IMG/VR virus record: IMGVR_UViG_3300027586_000002
Coordinates: 1-64,000 of that record
Length of the DNA: 64,000 nucleotides
Strand: one strand, 5' to 3'
Source: a virus
In this document: positions 18,574 to 29,019 of the stretch, piece by piece
Numbering within the stretch: position 1 is the first letter of the stretch
Layout: each line of letters begins with the position of its first letter
Notes under the pieces: model-generated
Databases searched by the model: none
What the model was told of the DNA's origin: nothing
The model's input: only the letters and a program-made list of their open reading frames with translations
Position numbers and translations under genes: made by a program

Positions 18574-18704
18574 GATGAAAATCCCATAGTCTGGGGTATA
18601 GAATATACACTTAAATGTTTTGAGTCAATAATAGAATTAATTTGCGGTAAAGATAACTAACCAAAATATCTAGTTTAACCGGAAGTTTCGGTTAGTTATT
18701 AATT

Positions 18705-18836
18705 ATGTCTAAAACAACCATTCACTATAAGTCAAAAGATAAGAAAGTAAAACCGCCAAAGCGGACAAAAGGAGGAGCAACCTATCAAACGTCAACTGCT
18801 AGGAGCCTATCTCGTAATAAGCCTAAGAAAGTATAA
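18705..18836 (+). CDS. 43-aa Lys/Arg-rich peptide (not in the ORF track)
   Basis: MSKTTIHYKSKDKKVKPPKRTKGGATYQTSTARSLSRNKPKKV, after a typical AATTATG start. Confidence 0.45.
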   Translation: MSKTTIHYKSKDKKVKPPKRTKGGATYQTSTARSLSRNKPKKV

Positions 18837-18865
18837 AGTTAACCGTATCAACCATCGTATCAATC

Positions 18866-19822
18866 ATGCAAGCAAAGTTAGTTAAGTTCATCCACCTGCG
18901 GCGATTTGTAGCAGACGCTAAAGGAGCCATCAAATTCTCCTCCGTGTCCTTCCTCCGGCACAACAGCCTTCTCGGCTATATGTTGCATACCGGAGGAACC
19001 GCGTTGGGAGTTGTTTATAATAAAGCAAAGAAAGTCTACGGACTGGTTTCAGTTCATGTTTCTACCAAAGATATATATAATAAAAAGACCGGTAGGATCA
19101 TACTTAATCAATGTGTTAACCACATGTCGAAGTTGAATACCAGCTTGAACTTGGACAAGCCACAGTCAGTGCGGGTTCCACTAAACTCATATCTGAAAGA
19201 AAAAGCCCGTCGTGAGCTACTTGAAAATACCGTAGTGGAAAAACAGGTGGAGCTCAACATAATGAGTGGTTCAGGTAAAGCTAGCTCAGTCATACAATCA
19301 ACCGCCGACCAGTTGTCTAAGTTGAGAAATCAGCTGAGCACACTTGGTCAAACCAAGAAACAATATGAGTATCGGTTCTGCTGGTATTCTAATATTAACA
19401 AAATGCTCACAGCATTGTCAACGGCTGCAAGAGTTATGCCTGATTCGATATTCGAGCCGCTGAAGTTAAGCGGCTGCTATCAGATCAGGTATGACGGTGC
19501 ATGTAAGGCCTTTAGACTTGTTGTCCTTGGAATACCTGAGCCTGGTCACTTTACAGTTGCATTTATCTCCACCGATGCACCATACAATCGTTGGGCTAGC
19601 CCTGCTACGATAACCTCGTTATACTTGACTCCAGAGAATCGTAAAATACTGAAACTTGATAGTGTCGCGTTGGTTCCGTTCAAGGAAAAATACGTATTGC
19701 AACTCCCGGTCGGTGCAGCACCTATGACGGTAACAAAGCTCGGCCGCTCTAGCCCAGCAAAACTAAAGATTAATACTGGAGCTAAGACTTTGAAGCTAGT
19801 CACGGTCGCGTCTGGAAAATAA
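18866..19822 (+). CDS. Hypothetical protein
   Basis: 318-aa ORF followed by the hairpin ACCGGGGAGCAGG/CTTGCTCCCCGGT. Confidence 0.65.
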   Translation: MQAKLVKFIHLRRFVADAKGAIKFSSVSFLRHNSLLGYMLHTGGTALGVVYNKAKKVYGLVSVHVSTKDIYNKKTGRIILNQCVNHMSKLNTSLNLDKPQSVRVPLNSYLKEKARRELLENTVVEKQVELNIMSGSGKASSVIQSTADQLSKLRNQLSTLGQTKKQYEYRFCWYSNINKMLTALSTAARVMPDSIFEPLKLSGCYQIRYDGACKAFRLVVLGIPEPGHFTVAFISTDAPYNRWASPATITSLYLTPENRKILKLDSVALVPFKEKYVLQLPVGAAPMTVTKLGRSSPAKLKINTGAKTLKLVTVASGK

Positions 19823-19882
19823 CCCAAGTTTGGCACTATACCGGGGAGCAGGTTTGCTTGCTCCCCGGTCTCAATTATAACT

Positions 19883-20146
19883 ATGTTAAAGCCTAAAAAA
19901 GTTGCTAAAGATAAAAAAGATAAAGTAACAGTACACCCTTTAATACAGGCTGCTGAATTTTTAGCTACCAACATGAGTGACGATAAAAAGGTTTACTGGT
20001 CCGGACAAGCAAGGAAAAAAGGAGTTAACCTTTCACAGATAGTACTTATCTATCTAGGAGCTGATTTTGGTGTGATGCTTAAGCAGGATAGCGAAACTGA
20101 AACCTACGTCCAAAAAAAAGAAAAGGACGAAACATCCACAACATGA
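19883..20146 (+). CDS. Hypothetical protein
   Basis: 87-aa ORF. Confidence 0.55.
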   Translation: MLKPKKVAKDKKDKVTVHPLIQAAEFLATNMSDDKKVYWSGQARKKGVNLSQIVLIYLGADFGVMLKQDSETETYVQKKEKDETSTT

Positions 20147-20457
20147 ATGAAGATTTAATTACAATAGATGATATATTTATAAAATATGATAGCAGTCTGT
20201 TTGGTGGGAACAAAGGAATGTTGATTAAGCAATTATCTGAGTTAACAGAGAGTTCCCCACAGTTTAATAGCACAATGTCCGTATTGCTTTATTTTAACAG
20301 CTTAAGTTGGGATGAAGCTTCATACCCATTTATAAAATTTAAAAAGGTGGCGCTTCGGAAATATGTGCCTTCCAACACAAAACTCTCCATTAAAAAGAGA
20401 GTATTAACTTTTAAAAAAAAATTCAAAAAAACAAAATTAAAAACTCATGCCCACTGA
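20143..20457 (+). CDS. Hypothetical protein
   Basis: 104-aa ORF with ATGA overlap. Confidence 0.5.
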   Translation: MNEDLITIDDIFIKYDSSLFGGNKGMLIKQLSELTESSPQFNSTMSVLLYFNSLSWDEASYPFIKFKKVALRKYVPSNTKLSIKKRVLTFKKKFKKTKLKTHAH

Positions 20458-22054
20458 AACAAAATCCAACGAAGGTTCCAAGACAACACATAAACAGAGT
20501 AAGGGTCAAAGCAAACTATCATTCAGAGATCAGCTGATGATTTACAGCAAGGCCGCCACTCCTTTCCTATGGGTCACTACTCATGAAGAAAAGAGGGTTA
20601 CGAATGCTATATATGACGCCACCAAAGATGACAATGACCGCAAGGTGCTTGAATGGGATGGGCTTAACGGTCTACGGTTCAAAGGCAAAGACGGTAAGTA
20701 TAACTCAATTCAAGATACATCCATCAAGGACGTTATCGAAAAAATTAGAAACATGCCAGAATGCCCTCGACTATTCGTGATGAAGGACTTTCATCATTGG
20801 ATTGAGTCTCCCGGGATCATTCGTGGACTGAGAAATCTAATCCATATCTTAAAAGCCAAGGGAAGCACGCTAATCTTCGTGTCACCATTGGTCAAGATCC
20901 CGACTGAGCTGTCCAAGGATATAACACTTCTCGAATACAATCTGCCAGACGAAAAGGAGATTTCCGAGGGAATTGAATTCATACGTGCTTCCGTCAAACA
21001 ACTGTCCGGCAAAGACCTAGAGTTGTCTGATGACGTCAAAACAAATCTGATTATATCTGCCAAAGGTCTTACTGCCAATGAAGCAGAAAATGCTATAACT
21101 ATAGCTCTCGTTAAGCACAAAGAATTCAACGCCGCCGTAGTCAAAGAGGTGTTTGAAGAAAAGGTGCGTCAAGTGCAATATAGTAGCAATCTCACACATG
21201 TTGAAACTGGTATTTCGTTTGACCAAGTGGGTGGCATGATTGGATTGAAAGATTGGCTTAAAACTCGTGCCCTGGCGTTCAGTTCAGAGGCAAAAGAATA
21301 CGGACTACCAAAGCCCCGAGGCATCCTGCTTGCAGGTGTTCCAGGAACAGGTAAGTCATTGATAGCAAAAGCCATTGCCCAAGAACTTGGTGTTCCCATG
21401 TTCCAGGCAGACGTTGGTGCTTTATTTGGAAAATATGTTGGGGAGACTGAATCAAACTTCCGCAATATGCTATCAACAGTCGACAGCATTGGTCGCTGTG
21501 TTTTATTCATTGATGAAATTGAAAAAGGTCTCTCACGCCAGGCTGTGTCCGGCTCTGGAGATACTGGAACAAGCTCCCGTGCTTTTGGCACGCTGCTAAC
21601 ATGGCTGTCCGACCACACCTCTGAGGTGTTTGTCGTAGGCACATCAAACGACTTCACAATCTTACCTCCTGCGCTCATTCGCAAAGGACGGTTTGACGAA
21701 GTGTTCTGGCTCGACCTTCCTTCCGCTACAGAGCGTGAGGAAGTCTGCGCAGTCCAGCTCAAAAAGTATAAGCGTAGTCCTAAAGAGTTCGATCTAAAGG
21801 CACTCGCAGCCGCAACTAAAGGCTTTTCTGGCTCAGAAATTGAGCAGTTGATAGTGGCTACAATGTATCGTTGCTTCCCTAAGGACAAAGATATTGATAC
21901 TGAAGAACTAGTTCTTGAAGCCAAGAGCATAATACCACACTCAATCACCAATCAGGATGCGCTCCATGATATGCGTGATCAAGCGAAAGGCAAGCTCCGC
22001 TCCGTCCAAGAGATGGGCGTGGTGGGTAGCACAACAAAGAAAGTAGCAATTTAA
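20447..22054 (+). CDS. AAA+ ATPase, Ycf46-like
   Basis: N-terminal T.EE.R, MKDFH and LP...EI motifs; GVPGTGKS; LFIDEIEK; TSN; RKGRFDEVF. Confidence 0.9.
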   Translation: MPTETKSNEGSKTTHKQSKGQSKLSFRDQLMIYSKAATPFLWVTTHEEKRVTNAIYDATKDDNDRKVLEWDGLNGLRFKGKDGKYNSIQDTSIKDVIEKIRNMPECPRLFVMKDFHHWIESPGIIRGLRNLIHILKAKGSTLIFVSPLVKIPTELSKDITLLEYNLPDEKEISEGIEFIRASVKQLSGKDLELSDDVKTNLIISAKGLTANEAENAITIALVKHKEFNAAVVKEVFEEKVRQVQYSSNLTHVETGISFDQVGGMIGLKDWLKTRALAFSSEAKEYGLPKPRGILLAGVPGTGKSLIAKAIAQELGVPMFQADVGALFGKYVGETESNFRNMLSTVDSIGRCVLFIDEIEKGLSRQAVSGSGDTGTSSRAFGTLLTWLSDHTSEVFVVGTSNDFTILPPALIRKGRFDEVFWLDLPSATEREEVCAVQLKKYKRSPKEFDLKALAAATKGFSGSEIEQLIVATMYRCFPKDKDIDTEELVLEAKSIIPHSITNQDALHDMRDQAKGKLRSVQEMGVVGSTTKKVAI

Positions 22055-22090
22055 TGCTTTACGTTTGGGTTCGGTCCAACCCCGGCCCAG

Positions 22091-22369
22091 ATGTACCATC
22101 TTAACTCAACTATGATTTTTAAATCAAAAAACGAAAAGCCAGAAATTTCTAGTCAGATAAATTTATTCCTTTACAGCCCGAACCCCACTGTCGGCCACAG
22201 CTTGATACTGGCGGCGCGGGATATCAACGATATCCAGTATGATCTTTTTGAATTTTATATTAAAAATGGAAAAGCCATGATATTTAGGCATGAGGATCTT
22301 ATAGAATCCAAGGTAGGGATACAAATTGACCTAGATTCTAAGATTTTGATAGACAAACACCCTTGTTAA
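22091..22369 (+). CDS. Hypothetical protein
   Basis: 92-aa ORF; similar to the next ORF (IGIQID / IGITLN C-terminus). Confidence 0.5.
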   Translation: MYHLNSTMIFKSKNEKPEISSQINLFLYSPNPTVGHSLILAARDINDIQYDLFEFYIKNGKAMIFRHEDLIESKVGIQIDLDSKILIDKHPC

Positions 22370-22371
22370 TT

Positions 22372-22623
22372 ATGAATAAAGTACCAGTAATAAGAAAACT
22401 TAGCCTAGGCAAAAATAGTTTGGTTGATGGTGTTCTTAACTATCATCTTGAAGAGCGCACCGACTGTGTCATAGTAAAGGTAGTAGATAAAGACGGCGTA
22501 GCCTGGCCCATTATTAAAATACATAACAATATTTTTAAACGAACACAGTTAGCTGCTTATATCCCTAAGGAAATTGGCATAACTCTTAATGAAAAGATGG
22601 ACGTTATCCCGGCTATAGAATAA
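22372..22623 (+). CDS. Hypothetical protein
   Basis: ATG at 22372. Confidence 0.5.
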   Translation: MNKVPVIRKLSLGKNSLVDGVLNYHLEERTDCVIVKVVDKDGVAWPIIKIHNNIFKRTQLAAYIPKEIGITLNEKMDVIPAIE

Positions 22624-22632
22624 TTTATTAAT

Positions 22633-22977
22633 ATGCCAAAAAAGTCAAACCGCCCAAGTAAAAAGTATAATATGGATAAGCTCTTCATAAGGGTAAAAGA
22701 TTATGAGCTACCATTTGTTACACTACCATTGAACGAATTGTTTAATGGAATTATTATTCCAGAAAAGCTAACTGAAGAAGAAGTGGTTATTATGGACTTG
22801 GCTGGTGATACCACCAAGTCGTCCAGAAAGTCATTTCATAAAAACGTTGAAAAGTTGTTGGCGATCGGGGTCATAGAATCCATTGCGATTCAACCGATTG
22901 GTGATGACGAGTCCCAGGAAGTTAGGAAGTTCCTGGAAACATACGATAAAAACAAATCAGAACTGTCAAGTAACTAA
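22633..22977 (+). CDS. Hypothetical protein
   Basis: 114-aa ORF. Confidence 0.6.
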   Translation: MPKKSNRPSKKYNMDKLFIRVKDYELPFVTLPLNELFNGIIIPEKLTEEEVVIMDLAGDTTKSSRKSFHKNVEKLLAIGVIESIAIQPIGDDESQEVRKFLETYDKNKSELSSN

Positions 22978-22993
22978 GTAACTAACATCAACC

Positions 22994-23386
22994 ATGAGTC
23001 ATACCGTAAAAATTAAAACATTATTCAAAGATCTTAACGTCTTCAAAAAGGCGTTGGAAAAATTCGGATGGACTGTGAAGGAGAACGAAAAGATCCGCAC
23101 ATACCCGTCAGACTCAGCCCGTAATACTGTTTACAAGTATGTCGCCGTAAACCCCAAGCAGGACGGCTACGACATAGGCGTAGGCCAGAAGGAAGATGGC
23201 GAACTGGAATTGTTTGCAGACTTCTATGATGGTTCCATCGCAGCCGGCCTGGGGCAGGACTTGCAGAAGCTTCGCCAGGAGTATTCAAAACAACTGACCA
23301 TTGATGAGATGACATTCAATGGATACACAGTCGAGGAAAGCACCGACAATAACGGAAACATTAGCCTAGAGTTCACAAAGGCCTAA
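22994..23386 (+). CDS. DUF1257 / Ycf35-like protein
   Basis: MSHTVKIKT..KD...KKAL..GW, YDIG, AD.Y, L.QEY, GY.VEE. Confidence 0.8.
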   Translation: MSHTVKIKTLFKDLNVFKKALEKFGWTVKENEKIRTYPSDSARNTVYKYVAVNPKQDGYDIGVGQKEDGELELFADFYDGSIAAGLGQDLQKLRQEYSKQLTIDEMTFNGYTVEESTDNNGNISLEFTKA

Positions 23387-23389
23387 GAC

Positions 23390-23650
23390 ATGCTGCAACA
23401 ATTTCATACAAGCCCACGGGAACAGGACTTCCAATCTCTTGCTCAAGGATTGCGCGAGCATTTCTTGAACGAGACTCCTCCGCCCGATGGGGTAGAGGTG
23501 AAAAGTTTGCGACAGATTCCCAAAGCTAAATTAAAGTTTCAGGCTAGCCTCTCCATAAAGGTGCTTGGCTTCCGAGACCATAATATAACGGTGCTGTTTG
23601 AATCGGACCCGTTTTATAGAGTTAATAAGAAATCGTTAATGTTTGTTTGA
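23390..23650 (+). CDS. Hypothetical protein
   Basis: 86-aa ORF. Confidence 0.5.
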   Translation: MLQQFHTSPREQDFQSLAQGLREHFLNETPPPDGVEVKSLRQIPKAKLKFQASLSIKVLGFRDHNITVLFESDPFYRVNKKSLMFV

Positions 23651-23653
23651 CCT

Positions 23654-23848
23654 ATGACTAAAGTAACTGTAACTATCGACAAGAGTGGTGGCGTCAAGAT
23701 TGAAAATGTCTGTGGCGCAGGCGGAAAATGCGAGGAAGAGACCGCCTCGCTAGAGCAACGTCTCGGAGGTAAAACCTCTGAACGCGAATCCACCGACGAG
23801 CTTTACAAGCCCGTCGAGTGCGGCAACCATGTTGAAGCTGGAGGCTAA
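23654..23848 (+). CDS. DUF2997 family protein
   Basis: VTVTIDKSGGV.IE...G.G..C...T..LE..LG...T.E.Y. Confidence 0.8.
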   Translation: MTKVTVTIDKSGGVKIENVCGAGGKCEEETASLEQRLGGKTSERESTDELYKPVECGNHVEAGG

Positions 23849-23851
23849 AAC

Positions 23852-24094
23852 ATGAAAGTTATTATTTCCCCTCAAGGCGAAATACATGCCGTTTGGAACG
23901 ACCAGTTAAACGCAATACCAGGCCACAAGATAATGGAGCGCGCATCTAACGTGGAGTTCAACCATGCAAAACAAGAGTGGGAAGCTAGACTTCCTAACGG
24001 AGAGCTTATAGCTCATGGGCATCAGCGTGATGCTGTGATAGCTGAAGAGGTTAAAGTTGTTGAAAAGCTGCTAGCACAACGCTTGGCAGCCTAA
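23852..24094 (+). CDS. Conserved hypothetical protein often found near DUF1257/DUF2997
   Basis: ISPQG.I..VW.D, RASNVEF...W.A.L, R..VIAEE. Confidence 0.65.
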   Translation: MKVIISPQGEIHAVWNDQLNAIPGHKIMERASNVEFNHAKQEWEARLPNGELIAHGHQRDAVIAEEVKVVEKLLAQRLAA

Positions 24095-24150
24095 CCCATA
24101 CATTATTCCGAGAGGTGCTGGGCGAAAGCTTGGCACCTCTCCGGTTACAT

Positions 24151-25245
24151 ATGCAAAAAGAAAATTATTCATTTATAGCTATCGCGGATATGCACTTGGG
24201 ATGTAAATTATACAACTTGCCAGAGCTTGAGGAAGACATGAAGCTTTTGTTTGTTGATATTTGCCAATTGGCTATTACTAAGAAAGTAAATTATATTTTG
24301 ATGGCTGGTGATTTGTTTAATAGTAATAGACCTACTCCTGATCTGGTTAAGTTTGTAGCTGATAATGTGGCAAGGCTAAAGGAACATGGTATCAGGTTTT
24401 TAGGTATCTGCGGCGACCACGATCTACCTGTTAACAATGAGACATGGGTTTCAGTCACAGGTATAGAATCTTTATCCTCAGCTCCATATTTTGCTGGAGC
24501 TAACTATTCTACTAATCAAGTAGAAGTTTTTGACAGGATAAGAGAGCAGGCCTCAGAAACAGTTCATTGGATTTTAGCTCATGGGCAGGTACAACAATTA
24601 TTCAAATACGTTGAAGATAAAAAGAAATTAGACTTTGACAGTTTGAAGGTGTTTGAGTTGTTTCCTAATATCAAGGGAATCATATTAGGAGACATTCATA
24701 ACCCAATTGAAACAGTTGTAAAGTCAGGAGATAGAGAAGCTTACATGGGCTATTGTGGTAGTGCTGGTATTACCAAGTCTGATGAGGCTAGTAATAAAAA
24801 AGGATTACTATACTTTGATGGGGAAACACTCCAGCGAATACCTCTGCTTCAGAAGCGTGATTTCATAAAAATACAATTTACTGGCATAGAAGCTAATCTA
24901 AATACACAGTTCTACAGTCTTAAGTATAAGGATACCAAAAAGAAGCCAGTTTTTATAGTGGAGTATGATACTACAACAGAAAGTCATTTAAACCAGTTAA
25001 AGCCTCTTTATGAAGTAGGCTTTGTCCGTGCCATCCAGAAAAGAAAGATGGAGGAAGGCCAGACCGAAGAGACTATCAATATAAGATCTGAGTTAAAAAC
25101 AGGTGAACGAATAGAAACAGTTCTGCGCAAGTGTGCAAAAAACCAGGTTATATTTGATTTAGGGCTGAAGTTGTTGACTTCGGAAGATAGTAATGATGCT
25201 TATAAGACTGAGTTGGACACTTTTAAAAGGAAATCTTTTCAATGA
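24151..25245 (+). CDS. sbcD: SbcD/Mre11-like metallophosphoesterase nuclease (gp47-like)
   Basis: ADMHLG, AGDLF, GDHD, AHG, LGDIH, YCGS. Confidence 0.9.
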   Translation: MQKENYSFIAIADMHLGCKLYNLPELEEDMKLLFVDICQLAITKKVNYILMAGDLFNSNRPTPDLVKFVADNVARLKEHGIRFLGICGDHDLPVNNETWVSVTGIESLSSAPYFAGANYSTNQVEVFDRIREQASETVHWILAHGQVQQLFKYVEDKKKLDFDSLKVFELFPNIKGIILGDIHNPIETVVKSGDREAYMGYCGSAGITKSDEASNKKGLLYFDGETLQRIPLLQKRDFIKIQFTGIEANLNTQFYSLKYKDTKKKPVFIVEYDTTTESHLNQLKPLYEVGFVRAIQKRKMEEGQTEETINIRSELKTGERIETVLRKCAKNQVIFDLGLKLLTSEDSNDAYKTELDTFKRKSFQ

Positions 25246-25424
25246 AATTCTCTAAAACCAAAGGCGGTATTGTAGTGACTATCAGTACAAAATTGAATCA
25301 GCTTAATCATAAGGCTGGACAGGCTAAACTAAAGCTACCGTTTGCTAATTTTGAGTATATTTTTAACCCTGTAAAAGAAACAAAACAACCAAATGATCGA
25401 GAGATTTTCAAAGTTACGGCTTAA
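25242..25424 (+). CDS. Hypothetical protein
   Basis: 60-aa ORF with ATGA overlap. Confidence 0.4.
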   Translation: MKFSKTKGGIVVTISTKLNQLNHKAGQAKLKLPFANFEYIFNPVKETKQPNDREIFKVTA

Positions 25425-26523
25425 GAACGAAAGTTCTGACAAGGAGTACAATTTAACAATAGAAGAAAAAGGTAAAGGTTTTGTTGTTAATTATAAATAC
25501 GGCAAGTTTGGCAAGTTAGAACTAAGGGAGGGAACTAAGACCACTAAGCCTATCAATCTACACGATGCCGTAAAGAAGTTTGACCGACAACTAACCAAGA
25601 AGAAGAACGAAGGTTATACTGTTCTTGAAGGTCAACAGAACCCATCAGTTATAAAAGTAAGCAGAGTACAACCAAAGATTCAATCTGGGTTTAAAGGGCA
25701 ATGGCTTAATGTAATAACTGAGGATGAAGCTTTAAAGTTGCTTGAAGATGATGCCTGGGGTTTACAAGAAAAGAAAGACGGCAAACGCTTCTTATTAAAA
25801 TATAATCCTGTCGAGCGGGGTACAGCCAACTTCCTTGAGCGTAATAACGGATATCAAGGTATAAACAAACAAGGTTTGGTTTGTGCTGTTCCAGAGCCAC
25901 TATTGAATAAGCTAAAGCAAGTTGTTTACTATGGCGATTATCTGATAGATGGTGAATGGTTAGCTGAAGATGAAGCTTACTGGCTGTTTGACATACTAAA
26001 GAATGGCTATGAAGATTGTACTAATATGCCATATATGAAAAGACACGATGAGTTAAATATATTCATAGATAAATTTGACTATCCAGGTATATTTTGTCGA
26101 GTTGGTCTTGTCGTAGGCACAGCCAACAAGAAAAAGACATTTCAAAAATTAAAAGATATTGGAGCCGAAGGAGTTGTATTTAAAAATCTAAATGCTCCTC
26201 ATTCTTCTGGAAGACCTAATTCCGGCGGAGATCAAAGGAAATACAGGTTCTACGACACAGCCTCGTTCATAGTAAAAGAAGTAAACGTACAACGTAGTGT
26301 TGCGTTAGAACTCATTAATACAGATGGAGTTAAGGTGTCGGCTGGAAATGTTTGCATTCCTCCTAATAAGAAAATACCTAAAGCTGGGGAAATAGCTGAA
26401 GTACGCTATCTATACGCGTTTAAAGACACAGGCTGCGTTTACCAACCAGTATACTTGGGAGCTAGAGATGACGTAGATGAAGAGGAATGCATCACTGCAC
26501 AGCTAAAATATAAGATAGGATAA
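25393..26523 (+). CDS. WGR-domain + ATP-dependent DNA ligase
   Basis: N-terminal SDKEY..YGK...K..EGY (WGR-like); EKKDGKR motif I, IDGE, LFDIL, EGVVFK; C-terminal OB fold. Confidence 0.85.
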   Translation: MIERFSKLRLKNESSDKEYNLTIEEKGKGFVVNYKYGKFGKLELREGTKTTKPINLHDAVKKFDRQLTKKKNEGYTVLEGQQNPSVIKVSRVQPKIQSGFKGQWLNVITEDEALKLLEDDAWGLQEKKDGKRFLLKYNPVERGTANFLERNNGYQGINKQGLVCAVPEPLLNKLKQVVYYGDYLIDGEWLAEDEAYWLFDILKNGYEDCTNMPYMKRHDELNIFIDKFDYPGIFCRVGLVVGTANKKKTFQKLKDIGAEGVVFKNLNAPHSSGRPNSGGDQRKYRFYDTASFIVKEVNVQRSVALELINTDGVKVSAGNVCIPPNKKIPKAGEIAEVRYLYAFKDTGCVYQPVYLGARDDVDEEECITAQLKYKIG

Positions 26524-26525
26524 CA

Positions 26526-26921
26526 ATGGCAGGACATTACATACTAAATTCGGACCACACGACCAAAGTAGTATCGGAGCTAAAGTGGGCTAACTGGATG
26601 GCCTCCAATTCTCGACGTGTAGCCCACGACACAATATTGGGCGTTGAAATATCAACAGTTTTTTTAGGTCTAGATCATAACTATAGTACAGTGGGTGCTC
26701 CTGTGCTATTCGAAACGCTGGCTTTTGGTTTACCTGAAGCAGGTCAGCTAACAGCCAGGTATTGTACATGGGCCGAGGCTGTTGCCGGTCATGAGATGAT
26801 GAAAGAATCAATAGTTAAAAAAATGGAAACCTCTGAAGAGGTGGTAAAAGAAAGTAACATTATTATATCTCAGCTTAAAGAAGTTGACGCCCAATATTTA
26901 TCTAGAAAGATACAGTTATGA
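26526..26921 (+). CDS. Conserved phage hypothetical protein (ends RKIQL)
   Basis: STVFLGLDH...LFET..F...RY.TW.EA..GH motif. Confidence 0.75.
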   Translation: MAGHYILNSDHTTKVVSELKWANWMASNSRRVAHDTILGVEISTVFLGLDHNYSTVGAPVLFETLAFGLPEAGQLTARYCTWAEAVAGHEMMKESIVKKMETSEEVVKESNIIISQLKEVDAQYLSRKIQL

Positions 26922-26958
26922 CTAGTAAAATACAACTTTAACACGTTTAATAGCCAAT

Positions 26959-29019
26959 ATGATTTTAACAGAGTTAGCACTTTCAAATTTTAAAGCGCAT
27001 CGTAATAAAGTTGTAAACTTCCAACTAGGACTTAATGGTATAATTGGAGACAACGGAGCAGGTAAAACTTGTCTATTAGACGCCATAGAATTCTTGTTTA
27101 CAGGTGACCTATCTTGTAAAAAAGAAGATGCCATTACAAGAGGCCAGGGCGATGGATATGTGCGCGGTAAATTCTTGCTAAACGGCAAGGAGGGCAGCAT
27201 AGAACGGCATTTAGGCTCTTCAAAGGTAGTCTTAGAATACGACGATAAAAAACTACATAAAGCTGGTGATGTCAAAGAGTTGTGGGCCTCGCTGCTTCAG
27301 ATCGATAGCCACATATTTCATAACGTTATTGTGGCAAAACAGAACGAGATAAGGTTCTTATTCACTGGAGATACACAGGTAAGAGAGAAAGTATTCCAGA
27401 AAATTTTCATGGTGCCTAATACTGATAAGATTAGGAACATAGTTTATAATTACATTAAAGACGCTCCGCCTCAATTACCTGAAGAGGATGTAGCTGAAAT
27501 TGAAGCTACTATCGCCAATGTAGTTAAAAATAAGGTTCCAGTTTCTACAAGATTTACAGAACTAAAAACTGCTACTCTTAAAGAAACTGATTTGTTAAAT
27601 ATCGTTGCTAGAATCAACTTTATAAACAAATGTATAGAAGACACCAGGATAAGGCCTTTGTACACAACTGAGCATGAAACTACGAATCAGTCTATTGCCA
27701 CTCAAGCAAAGCTTGTTAAGCAAGTAGAGGAGGCTATGGCTGGAGTGGACTATGTGCACTACAAGAATTTGTACGAGCAGCTGTTAGCTTCACAATCCTT
27801 GTGGAAGATAAAGTTGAATCTAAGTCAACAGTTTGACAACCTTAACCAGCTAAACCTTGTTGGAGAAGACAAGCTTAAGCAATGGAAAGCTGAAGCTATA
27901 ACCTTACAAGCAAGTATAGTCGAGTTATCCGCTCAGTTTGCTGTCAATAAAAGTACTATTACTAACTTAGAATCAGATGTTGCAACACTAAGAAAGCTAA
28001 CAGGGTGTGCCTCATGCCCAACTTGCAAACAAGAGTTGGTAGACGTAGGCACATTTATAAACAAGCAACAAGCTGAGGCTAATAAGCATAAAGATAATCA
28101 ACAGAAAGTTGTGGATCAACTGGGGCAGCTAAGAGCTAAAACTCAGACTATAGACAAAAATATAACGGATACAGATGAAGCAGCTAAAAAGCTTAATGCT
28201 GTATTAACAGAGTTGTCTAAGTATAACAACATAAGGTTTAGACAAGAAAACTTTGAGATTACAAAGACTATTGTTAATGACTTTGAAAATAAGCAGCAAC
28301 AATTAAACGAAGCCAGAACTAGAATGGCTAAGTTACAAGGTAATCTTGAGCTGTTGAACAATAAGTTAAAGAACCTTAATAACTATGATGCCATTGATTC
28401 CACCCCACAAGCTGAGCTAGCCCTGCTTAAGAATGTGGTCGATCAAAACACCATAAGAAATAAGGAGCTAACTGAAATTCAAGTTAAACTGGGACAAATG
28501 GAGACAGAGGTTAGGATGTTGAATGAACGTGTTACTCTTTCAAAGGAGAGCAGAGCCAAGAATGCCAAGATTGGTGCTTATGTTAAAACTTTGACAGACT
28601 TGTACGAGATGCTACATGTAACCAAGTTTCCAAGACAGCTGATTGAAACTTATAGCGATGTTGTTGAAGAAGAGCTAGTTCAGTACGTTCAAAAATTCAA
28701 CATCAAATATCGTCCTAGAATAGCTAATGGATTTGCCATCGAGATGATAGATGAGAATGGACATGTAATGCCGGAGGTCTCAGGTGCCCAACAGAACATT
28801 GTAGGCTTGTCATTAAGATTGGCACTACATGGATTGTTTAGCCAAAACTTCCCAATACTTATAATCGATGAAGGCACCACTAACATGGATGAAGGCAATC
28901 GAGCAAAGTATTTTGAGGCAATAGCTGGACTAAAATCAGATGGTGTCGTCAGGCAGATAATAGTAATCGACCATGACCCCATGTTGGCGGACGTGGTGGA
29001 TAACGTAATAAAATTATAA
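26959..29019 (+). CDS. sbcC: SbcC/Rad50-like ABC ATPase (gp46-like)
   Basis: GDNGAGKT, coiled coil with CPTC zinc hook, SGAQ signature, IIDEG Walker B, IDHD. Confidence 0.92.
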   Translation: MILTELALSNFKAHRNKVVNFQLGLNGIIGDNGAGKTCLLDAIEFLFTGDLSCKKEDAITRGQGDGYVRGKFLLNGKEGSIERHLGSSKVVLEYDDKKLHKAGDVKELWASLLQIDSHIFHNVIVAKQNEIRFLFTGDTQVREKVFQKIFMVPNTDKIRNIVYNYIKDAPPQLPEEDVAEIEATIANVVKNKVPVSTRFTELKTATLKETDLLNIVARINFINKCIEDTRIRPLYTTEHETTNQSIATQAKLVKQVEEAMAGVDYVHYKNLYEQLLASQSLWKIKLNLSQQFDNLNQLNLVGEDKLKQWKAEAITLQASIVELSAQFAVNKSTITNLESDVATLRKLTGCASCPTCKQELVDVGTFINKQQAEANKHKDNQQKVVDQLGQLRAKTQTIDKNITDTDEAAKKLNAVLTELSKYNNIRFRQENFEITKTIVNDFENKQQQLNEARTRMAKLQGNLELLNNKLKNLNNYDAIDSTPQAELALLKNVVDQNTIRNKELTEIQVKLGQMETEVRMLNERVTLSKESRAKNAKIGAYVKTLTDLYEMLHVTKFPRQLIETYSDVVEEELVQYVQKFNIKYRPRIANGFAIEMIDENGHVMPEVSGAQQNIVGLSLRLALHGLFSQNFPILIIDEGTTNMDEGNRAKYFEAIAGLKSDGVVRQIIVIDHDPMLADVVDNVIKL

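Noticed and set aside
21169-21951. 260-aa antisense ORF and similar shadow ORFs (4687..5094, 30509..31012, 44948..45430, 54449..54847)
   Set aside because: They lie fully opposite well-supported genes and have no recognisable motifs.
23654-23848. DUF2997 protein ending in GG as a second ubiquitin-like modifier
   Set aside because: The family is not known to me as a beta-grasp fold, it is 17 kb from E1, and a terminal GG can be chance.
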